A DNA stretch of 64,000 nt. Origin: Vicugna vicugna (lineage: Eukaryota). The DNA is taken from positions 8,847,009-8,911,008 of the forward strand of contig MU058781.1 of the NCBI GenBank assembly GCA_013265495.1, read 5' to 3'. Shown in pieces: positions 37,701-48,000 of the stretch (position 1 is its first letter; each line of letters begins with the position of its first letter). A program made the position numbers and the translations under genes. Below the pieces are notes generated by a model that was not told the origin of the DNA, did not search any database, and was given only the letters and a program-made list of their open reading frames with translations.

Positions 37701-38278
37701 CTCAGGAATTGAGTAGTTTATGGAGAAACATGTGAAATGTAAGATTTTTTTATATGCAGTTGAAGAAATCAAGAGGAAGAAGAAAATTAATGTAGGAAAA
37801 ATAAGATGAGGTTATTATCAGACGGGCCCTCCAGCCTCATGTGCTTATTAGACTGCATGTTTGACCACAGGCTTTCTCGAAGCCAATGTAAAGAGGGAAA
37901 TATTACCAGTTACACGATCTACGCAAAGTAGATAAGACTGAAAACGTGCTCAGGAATGCAGCTGTCCCAAATATTGAGACCATGGCAAAACTTCTGCCTG
38001 TGACCCTTCTTGTAACGTACCACGTCCTCCTGAGTGGCCACGTGGGAGCTTTTCCCCTCTTCCTCATTGTAGGTAAGAGAACGGCAGACCACAGCCCAGA
38101 AAAATCCAAGTACAAAATCTTCTCACACTGTGTTAATCTAAGCATAAATTTAGACCATTAGAGGAATGGATGGACTCTACATCCTTCAATCTGCGATTTT
38201 GCACAGTTACGTTTTTGATAAATAACGGGTAACTGAAATTTTGCTGTTGTATTATCTGGACAATACATAGAATAAAGT

Positions 38279-38321
38279 CTTTTTTTTTCTTTTTCTTTTT
38301 CTTTTTCTTTTTCTTTTTTTT
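38279..38321 (+). repeat. (TTTTTC)n low-complexity tract
   Basis: Directly visible. Confidence 0.9.
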
Positions 38322-39435
38322 GCTAAATTAAAGATAGAGTCATAGGCTTGAAAAAAATCCACTTACGTGATATAACTTTAATTCTTACAGAGTTCATGTG
38401 AAAACAGTCATTTTCAAGTTGGTACTTGTTAATTGTAACTTGTACCTTAGTCTACCATTTCCTCCCTTCCCCAAAATTCTTTTTGCTTTTTGGATTATTA
38501 AGTTGAGCCGAGATAGTATTTTTGTCTTTGGAATGAGCAGTCAGACACCCCATTTCTCATTAAGCACACTCTTATCTCAGTGCTTTTCTATGTGCTTTGT
38601 TTGTTTTTCCTGCAGGCATACTTGTCCACTCTAGTTTTTTGTTTTGGTTTGGTTTCACTTGTTTATTTTTGTTATAAATTTAAGCAAGTTTTAAAGTACT
38701 GCAAAGGTGGATGAATGTTCTTATTATTCCTTCTCCTCTAGAACTTTCAGGCCCACCCCCTGACTTCTCTCTCCACTTGGAGACATGTAGATTTTGGTCT
38801 GTTTATTTGGAGTTAGGAAGGTAATGAGCAATGAGACAGAGATGAACAGAAAGAATTGAAATGATTATTTTCTCTGGGCTTTGGAAACTCGAGTTTTAAG
38901 AGAATTCTTTGAATATTTAAGTGCTCTAATCATTCTCCTTGAAAGAAATGAATAGTAAACTGATTTTAGTAGCCCCTGCTCCTCTTTCTAGCTGCAGTGG
39001 AATTTATCAAGAAGAGAGAGCTTCATTCCAAACTTTCCTGACAGGTTTCTAATGCATCTGCTTGCTTTTTCTTGGTTTATGTTACAGACATGGAACAACT
39101 CTACAGGGGGAAAAAAAAAGAATACAATAAAACTTAATTTTCACCTATTTACATTGTTCCCTGAATTTATAGCTGAACACCTGTTAGCTTGTATTCAGTT
39201 CTCTCTCATCACTTTTTGAATAAACATTTCTGTGATTCAGTGTTGTCCATGTATTTATCATTCTTAGAGGTTATGTAACATTTTAATAAATTTACATTCC
39301 CTTCTTAGTTTTTCCCTCATTGTGAAACATTTGGATTGTTTTCCATTCCTAAGTATCATATAAAGAGTCGGCCAAGAATTTCTTTTTTTTTTTTTTTGAA
39401 GTGGAGATTATAGAGGCAAGTTAAAATTCATTGTA

Positions 39436-39586
39436 CAGTTGCTTCTCAGTATTCACGGGAATTGGTTCCAGGACCCCTGCAGATACCAAAATCCATGGAT
39501 GCTCAAGCTTTTTATATAAAATAGTGTAGTACAGTCGGCCCTCTGTATCTGAGGGTTTCGTATCCTTGGATACGGATGGGCAGCTG
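39436..39586. mobile_element. TcMar-Tigger MER2-related MITE
   Basis: TA TSD (39434-39435 and 39587-39588); cagt...ttggttccaggacccc...gataccaaaatccatggatgctcaag; ends gatacggatgggcagctg. Confidence 0.8.
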
Positions 39587-41279
39587 TATATACATATGCA
39601 GCTAATATATTAAGGTTAGATAATCCAAAATTATCATATAGTACAGTTGCATTTTCAGTTCTGTAAACTGACTGTAAGTAAATTGTATATCCTTATATAT
39701 TCAATGTATACAATATCATAGTATAATCTTGCTTACTTTGTGGGATTCCTTTGAAATAGGCTGTGAAGGCATTTATTTGATTCGGAATCAAGAAAAATAG
39801 GTTTGTTTTTGTTGTTGATTTGGAAAAACTGGTTTAATCTTTGTAGTTCAATGAGTCTCATCTTTTGAATGCAGGGATTAGACTAAACATGCTCTGAAGT
39901 TCACTTTTGCTCTAAAATTCTACCATTTAAAACTTGGAACATAGTTTTACTGTTTTAAATGCTTATACATATTTATTATTTTATCTTTGCTTTTATGATA
40001 TATTCTTGCTCTTATCTCTAATTTACTTAATGTCAAGTCACAACCAGGAGGGCAGCAACTGATGTCTTTATTATTCCCTATGAGAAAAGTCAGGCTTTTA
40101 TGATGCTTTTTCCAGGAATTCATTTTGGAGGAAAGTGGAGACTACCCATGTGTGAAGCCAGACATAGATGCCGTCTTAAAAGATGTTATCAGAGAAGATG
40201 GTTTCATTTCTAGGTGCTTATTTATCTGTTACTGGGCAGGATTTTGTGCCTTATGCTGTCCATTTACAAGAATGACCAGCTGCCAGAGGGGAACCTCGAC
40301 TCTTCAGTGACCCTCAGTCCCCCTTATGTTCTCTCTCCTGCCTTCATCCTTGTGAGGAATACCATCATCCAACCTCTCCTAATTCCCCAACCTTCTGGCT
40401 TCCCCCTGATCCGGACCCCATGGTGCCCTGTTGTATCGCTGCTCTTTGGTGACATCTTTGGCATTCCTTTACATCTAATCCTCCCCACCCCCTCAGCTGT
40501 GGCCCGACCACTCACACCCACTGCTCCCCGCTCCAGGAGGCTAAATGTGCCTGTAGGAGCCTGGCTTAAACCTTACTTTTTTAAGAGCCCTCTTTGCTGT
40601 CATCTCTGTTTTCTTTTTCAGTCAATTTTTCCGTATTAATATTAGCCACATCCAGGTTTTTCCACCTCTTTCAATGATAATACTCCAACTCTACCTAACC
40701 GATTCAGCAGTAAGACAGGACTTCCCAGCAGGTACCACCTTATCTCACCTCCTTTTTGAATTCAGAATGTAGTGATCTGCTGGTCAGTTTCCACATCTCT
40801 CCTGCCTAAGAATTTGTCATTCCTTGCTCCTCTTTTCAACCAGATAGAAGCAAGTCCTAGTGGTCAGGGAGGGGAAGTGCCTGGCAGTGCCAGGTTCCTG
40901 TGTTGACCATGCTCTGGAAAATCCATGGGGGAATGGCCAGAGTAGAGTCAGCAGAAGGCTTTGGTCCAAGAGTCTGAGGTGGAGGTCACTAGGCCTGAGG
41001 TGGTAGGTAGGGCCAGAGAGGATGAAATACAGGTGGACTCAGCGCAGGAACTAAGGAGGAATCAGAGAATCCAAGAAGAAAGCAGGTGGGCCCAGGAACT
41101 AGGGAATCTCAAGGAAGCTGGTGTGATGGGGTCATCTGGGCAGAATGGAGGCACTATGATAAGAGTAAGCCTGGGGCTGAGTCAGTGAAATATTTTGTTT
41201 AGACTGTGGACAGAACTGTCTCGTGGGTCTTTTTTTTTTTTTTTTAATCTGACTCTGTCTCCCCTGCCCTATTTCCAAC

Positions 41280-41410
41280 AACAATAATAGTTACCATTTA
41301 AGGATTGACTCTGTGCCAGGCAGGGTCTTAGAACTTTATAGACATTCATCTCTGTTGATCTTCCCAACATTCAGCTAGCTAGGTTTTATCCTCAATTTGT
41401 AGACTAAAAC
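41280..41410 (-). mobile_element. MIR fragment
   Basis: aataatagttaccattta...tgtgccaggca. Confidence 0.6.
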
Positions 41411-42639
41411 ATCAATATTTTTCAATAAAACTGTGTGGGGGATAGGACTGGGTGAGTGGAGGGGAGAGGCTCAAGGTTCCACAGCTCTTTACCAAGCACC
41501 TGCTAGACCTTTTAACCTAGATGCCCCATGGACACTTTAAATTCAGCTTATGACAGACATCATATTCCCTTCCCCGAGCCAATCTCACTGCTTTAAGTCT
41601 TCATTATATCTCTTCTCTGTACTTAAGCTTTCAAAGTTGCTACAACCTAAAATTTGGAGATTCTGACCTTAATGGTCTTCTTGCTCCCTACATCTAGCGA
41701 GTGACTGGTTGTCACTAACTTCTTTTTTTTTCTGTTAATGTTGATCACTTTCTGAATGGACTAGAGAGAAGAAGGAGACAAGATGGAAGTGAAAGCAGAC
41801 AGTGTCAGAGTCAGAGTGATGAGGTGGTGGCGGAGTAGCACTCTTTCCTTGGCGATTTCCTGTAAAACTTCTGCTTAAGTGGGTTCATTGCTCTAACTTT
41901 GAGGCTGTATGAAGGTACAAGCATCAGTTTCCATTAAATCCCTTCTTTTGATGCTTTCCTGAAATCATCTGTGAATATGTCGTGATGAATTTCATTCTTA
42001 CTTATTTTGTAATAGGGAAGGCGTGCACATGGAGGAAAAAATCACAGAGTATATAGGGGAACATTGAAAAGTAGATCTCTCGCTCCAGCCACTCAGTTTC
42101 TCCTTTACTGGGGTATTTTTGACGGGGCGGGGTGGGGGTGATTTCATTACTCTGTTGGCCCATTCTCTTTTGACCGGAGCTGATGGGTACTGGCGGATGC
42201 CTAGTACTTCCCTTACTTCATTCTCTGTGTATTCATTTTCTGTTACTGTGTGATAGATTCCCACATTCCAAGGCCCACATTCCAGGTCTTTCAGTGCATT
42301 GTTTGCATGACTTTTGAATCCTATTTGGAAAACGTCTCAGTGTCTCAAGGTTTCCTCAAAAGTGCGGAGTTGTCTAGGCCTTTATTCCTCTCTTACCTTT
42401 GGTTTTTCCCTTTGTTTGCCCAGGACCATCCTGGTTTATGCCTGTTGTCCTGGCATATTTATTAAGAACACCACACTTTCACTGGACAATGCCTGTGTCT
42501 GAAGACATAATATAGACATCATAATAAATAAAATAGACACACTATCCATATAATTTAGCTCCTGTAAGGCCCATTTTTCTCAGCTCTTTCTATTATCCTA
42601 ATGCTGTTTATACACTTGACAACCCGTGGACCTTAAAGC

Positions 42640-43150
42640 TCACCCCATCACATCATTTGTCAAATGAACAGTTAAGGAAGGGGTGATTAACAGTGTCAAA
42701 CACAATAAGTAGGTCAAGTGGAATTAAGACAGAAAGCAGCATTCTTGGATTTGCCAGTGATGAGATGATTTCATCACTGTATTGGGGCAGGAGCCAGGTT
42801 ATAGAGGGTTTACCAGAAAAGTAATAGTGGGGAAGTAGAAGTGGCAATGATGGACTGTTCTTCCAGAAGTCTGGGAACGAAAGGGAGAAGGGAAAATACT
42901 TGGAACCAGTTAGGGAAAAGGGATGGAGGAGCCAGACAAGACAAGCTGGATGGATTTGTTCCCTCGTATAGGTGAGCCTTAGGAACGTGCTAGAAAAGGA
43001 GCAAGCAAGCATTAAGGGCAAGAAAGCCTATCACAGGTTCGAGAAAAATGGAGTCCAGAGCACAGTTACAAAGAAATCAGCATATGTGTTCCTCAGGACC
43101 TGGAAGGAAGATAGAGAAAATTGAACCAAACTGCATTGAGATATGTGGAT
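42640..43150 (-). mobile_element. L2 fragment
   Basis: aacagtgtcaaacac...aggtcaagtggaattaagacagaaa...ttggatttgcc. Confidence 0.6.
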
Positions 43151-44446
43151 GAAGACGAAATTCTGGTCCTGCCAGGTGGTCCCCATCCTCTCTGCTAAGG
43201 AGCTTGTGTTCTGTCTGTCACTATTGTTAGCTTTGCAATGCGTTCTCTTATGAGTCTCTCAGCTTTATCTTTGTACCATCATTGTCTTATCTCTGGAGAC
43301 TCTAACATCCTTTAAGTGTTTTTAATATAAAATATTTGTAAAAAGAAAAACAATGTTTGAAATTACACCTGTGTAATTTCAAATAAGTGGCCAATTAAAG
43401 CAGCTTGTAGATGAGCTAGTCTGATAGGCTTTATTTTACAAAGATGAATACAGTATTTTAAGTCACATGTGTAGTTTGCTCCCATGGCTGATCTGTACCT
43501 AGTAAAGCTGGCCAAATCACTAAGGAAAACATCTGTTTTGTTACCAGGCCAACACAAGCTGCCTACAAGTTCAACGCATTACAGACTTGTTCACGTGAAC
43601 GTAGGGTTAGTTTAGCGCAGCTGTTTGTTCATCCATGCAAAAAAACCCGGATAATCTAATCTCAACAAATTATTTTTGTTGTTATTTTTTAAATAACCAA
43701 TTTCAGTTCAACTTGATAAATGTAAAGAAATCAGATATGAGCAATTCACGTTCGACATTTTCCCTTTGTAAACAAAAGGCACAAGAGTACAAAATTTCAT
43801 TTTAGAAAGTTATTTGGGAATTCTGAACTGAATTACTTTAAAAATCTTTTAATCTACAAATTTTACAGTATGGTGCATTTGTCTGCATAGCATGTATGAA
43901 GACATATGTCTTTTACTGGTGTTCATTTTAATGAAATAGACCCAGATTGAAGTAGCAAATCAAGAAATTTTCATAGTGAAATATTTATTCTGCTAATGTG
44001 TTAGTGCATGTTGATGTTTGTGCTTGAACTTCAATAAGGACTTTATTTCAACATCTTTCTCTCTTTATTGCCAGCAATCTTAGGCAGTCATAGGAACATA
44101 TCACAGGAACATATAATATTTAATTAACATTAAATAGTGCTTAAATAGTTAAGTTCTCTATAAGCAAGATTCTGAGACCCAGGTTTGGAGGAGACTGGGC
44201 TTGTTTAAAATCTGTTGAAATTCCCTGTACAGAATTTGTCAGACTAAAGCGCAGGCAATCCCTGAGACAGGGCACATCTAACCTAATCTCCTGGGACCCT
44301 CTTGTACTCTGATGCTTTTCTTTACTATTAAAAAGAAAAAAAAAGCAGCCATAGGTTTTCTTTTGTGCACAACTCATAATTGAAAGGAAAACTTTACTTT
44401 TATATATATTTTAAACTATTCAGGGTTGTTAGAGAAGCATCTAGTA

Positions 44447-46565
44447 TAGGGTTAGCAAGCTTTTTTGAAAAAGGGTCAGATAATGTTTTACACTTTTGAA
44501 GATCAAGAAGTAAAAATCAAGGAGTATCTATCTATCTGTCTACCATCCATCTATAAGGAAAACCAATTTTCATGAAATTTTACTTGATGAAATTTAAAAT
44601 GTAATAGTAATGTACAATATGTAAAATACTGACCTACTAGTAAGAAGAATACAATTACTTTATTTGGATAACTTTTCACTTATTGGGGTTCAAAGATTAA
44701 TGGTCCCCATCATCAAAATCAATTGCTAAATATTCATTCGTCAGTGTTGGTGCCTAATAAGATTTTATGTATTTCTTTTTTGAAAATGTCTTTTCACACA
44801 CATACATCATGCCAAATATTCGTATCAATTTATATATCAGTATATCATGGTTTTAACTGAACATATTTATCACTTGACCTTTATGAAATTCTGTTAGATC
44901 CTTTTCTTGATGTTTGCCTCTTATCAGATCAGTTACCTCCAATTGAAGGTTGGGTGGAAGCTCCTCTCAATCACACAGCTAAATGGATTTCTAAGTGTGG
45001 GCGTTTCCCTTGCACTTGTATTGAGATCTGAAAAATGCTGCTGGTAGTGTAGTTTGAGCTCAAAAAATTTAATCTGCTGCAAATTTGTGTGGGGGTGGAG
45101 AGCAAGCTTTCACTGTTGATGGTATGGTAAATTTGGAAAGCACCTGAATATTACTTGTGATTTAAACAGTGTACGTTTTGCATAAAGCAAAATCTGCCAT
45201 GTAATAATTAGGTTGAAGTCATTAAGAAACGTTATCAATCACCTGTCGATGGACATTTAGGTTGCTTCCGTGTCTTGGCTATTGTATATAGTGCTGCTAT
45301 GAACATTGGGGTGCATGTATCCTTTCGAATTATAGTTCTTTCCAGATATATGCCCAGGAGTGGGATTGCTGGATCATATGGTAAATCAATTTTTAGTTTT
45401 TAGAGAATCTCCATTTTGTTTTCTATAGTGGCTGCACCAAACTATGTTTCTACCAACAGTGAGGAGGGTTCTCTTTCCGCCACACTTTCTCCACCATTTA
45501 TCATTTGTAAACTTTTTGATGATGGCCATCCTGACTGGTATTAGGTGATAGGAAGTTATATGTGGTACATACATATTCAACGGAATACAACTCAGCACAA
45601 AAAAAGATTAAAATGTCATTTGCAGCAGCATGGATCGACCTAGAGATTGTCATACTAAGTGAAGTAAGCCAGAAAGGGAAAAATACTGTATGATATCACT
45701 TACATGTGAAATCTAAAAAAAAATGACACAAATGGACTTATTTATAAAACAGAAAGAGACTCACAGACATAGAAAAGGAACTTAGGTTACCAGAGGGGAA
45801 AGGAGGGAGTAGAGGAATAAATTGAGAGTTTGGAAGTTGCAGATACTAACTACTATATATAAAATAGACTAGCAACAAGGTCCTACTGTATAGCACTGGG
45901 AACTATATTCAACAACTTGTAATAGTCTATAATAAAAAAGAATATAATGAAAAAATTTGAAAGGAAGTATATATACATATATATAGACACACACAACTGA
46001 ATCACTAAGCTGTACACCAGAAATTAACACAACGTAATAAATCAACTATACAGCCAAAAAAAAAGAAACAGTATCAAATCTATAACAAAAGCTAATTTTC
46101 AAGACCATTTGATGAGAGTGGTTGAAGTTGGTTCTTCTCATTGAGAAAAATTTTAGTTATCAATCCTGATCCCCCAAAAAACAAAAGATTCATATATTTC
46201 CACAAAGTATATGCTGATCAGTATCATAGGCTTTCATTTCACAAGGTGGTTAATTTATTTTCTTAAGCCTTTTTTTGGTGTGCGTTTCACACATACTTTT
46301 ACCTACCATCAGTTGTAATACATCATAGCAGATTCCACTTCAGGTTATAGTGTTTTCTCAGCGTCTTTGAAAATATTCTTGTCTGTAGTTTTTCCATGCA
46401 GACTATTCATAGAGGCTAATTTTCAGTCACTTCAATCGTTGCATGGACTTCACTAATAAAAATAACTTTGCAGTATTGGTACTAGCTCTTGATTCGTCAA
46501 AGCCAAGAATTACCTCTCAAAATAATTTGCTTTGTTTCCCAGTCGACTGTTGATGTTGGTCCCAA
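44447..46565 (-). mobile_element. Charlie1 hAT DNA transposon remnant with degenerate transposase, interrupted by an L1
   Basis: Terminus tagggttagcaagctttttt...aagggtcagata; the minus strand of 44761-44816 reads FGMMYVCEKTFSKKKYIK (hAT dimerisation-domain motif FGSTYxCExxFS); transposase-like sequence resumes after 46077. Confidence 0.8.
45239..46062 (+). mobile_element. L1 with 5' inversion (45239-45550 antisense, 45551-46062 sense)
   Basis: Antisense ORF2 piece (YHLIPVRMAIIKK) joined to the sense 3' end and A-tail; TSD aagaaacgttatcaa (45224-45238) / aagaaacagtatcaa (46063-46077). Confidence 0.88.
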
Positions 46566-47194
46566 TACCCTCAACTCAGTGTGGGTAGAACATGGAGAGG
46601 AAAGAGGTAGTGGAAGGAGATGAGCCCACAGGAGTTAGATTGTGCTGGCCATACTTACTTCCTTGCCATTCATAAAGGCTGAAGATGTATCTTCCAAGAC
46701 ATTGGGGATTTTTGGATTTTTTTGTTCGTTTGTTTGCTTGGCTTCATAGTCCTTTATCGGGAAGAGAAAAAAAAAAATCTCAAGGGGAAACCCAATCTGT
46801 AACAGTTAAATCTGAAGTTGTTTTGGTTGAAAAATCAGGAGGTGGGAGTCCTGGAGCCCCATAGTCCTGAAGTGCCACTGAAGCCCTCTCTCCTTAGCCT
46901 TTCTGGCAGAACAATTTGAAACCTGTTTTTAGCATGACTGGGGAACATGTGCTAAGATGTACTTTGAGCCAAGTGCCTTTGCATTCCAAGAAAAGGGAGG
47001 GAGGAAGCTTGTTGGATCACCTGTTACACATGAGACACTGAGTTACTAAGTCTTAAAATAGCTCACGTAACCCTCATAGTAACATCATTGGTAAATATCA
47101 TTGCCATTTTGTAAAACAAAGAAAAGAACGTTCAAATATATGGTTGGGTTTTTTTTTTTTTTAAGTGTTGTTATTTATAGCATCTCCACTCTCA

Positions 47195-47405
47195 GGAACC
47201 GTACTATTAATAGAACTTTTTGCAAGGATGGTAATATTCTCTATCCATGCTGTCAGATATGGTAAAAAGTAGCCATATGTGGCTACTGAACACCTGAAAG
47301 ATGGCTGATATAACTGAGGAACTGAATCTTAAATTTGCTTTTAATTCACTTTCCTGTCAACAGCCACAGGTAGATGGCATCTACTCTATTCAAAAGTTCA
47401 GCTGT
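47195..47405 (+). mobile_element. MER3 (hAT-Charlie)
   Basis: aatagaactttttgcaaggatggtaatattct...tagccatatgtggctactgaacac...actgaggaactgaat. Confidence 0.8.
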
Positions 47406-47633
47406 AGGTAGCAGTCTCATTCAAACTGGTTTGTTCTTCAGTGAATCTCTTACTTTGCCACTTATTTTGAAAGATTATTATGTAATTTATATTTATCTTG
47501 GAATATTTTGTTAAATGTATCATGTAAATATTTAATTTCACCTATTTCAACTGAAAAGTTGACAATCAGGCCACAATAAAAATTATTTATGCGGTTTGAT
47601 TTTTCCTCCTTACAAAGGGAACTAAATGAATCT

Positions 47634-48000
47634 TTCATTAACTCATTAGTGTTTAGTCAGGACCTACTTTGTGCCAAGCACTGAGCTGGACTCTGAGAAA
47701 GTAGTGGCATGCAAGACAGGCACAGTCACTGTCCTCCAGGGACTTAACAGTCCCGTGGAGAAAACATAGAAATAACAAGCAATTATAATGGAACATTAGA
47801 AAATACAGAGTTTGGCAGCTTGGAAAAGGCACTGAATATAGTCTAAGTGCAGGGAAGTTTTCCTAGAGAAAATACTCTTTTAATTAGAGGCCTGAATAAT
47901 GAGTGAGAGTTACCTCTGCCAAACAGGTTTGGAGGAGCAGTAAGGAGAATGTTTAGGGGGCGGGGGTTGGCTACAGGCTAGAAAGCCCGGGACCTGAGAG
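47634..48000 (-). mobile_element. L2 3' fragment
   Basis: acctactttgtgccaagcactgagctgg...caagacaggcacagtcactgtcctc. Confidence 0.7.

Noticed and set aside
38616..38820. Exon-like unit (tttttcctgcag ... AAG|gtaatg)
   Set aside because: The body is U-rich and intron-like with an early stop and only a moderate donor; probable pseudo-exon
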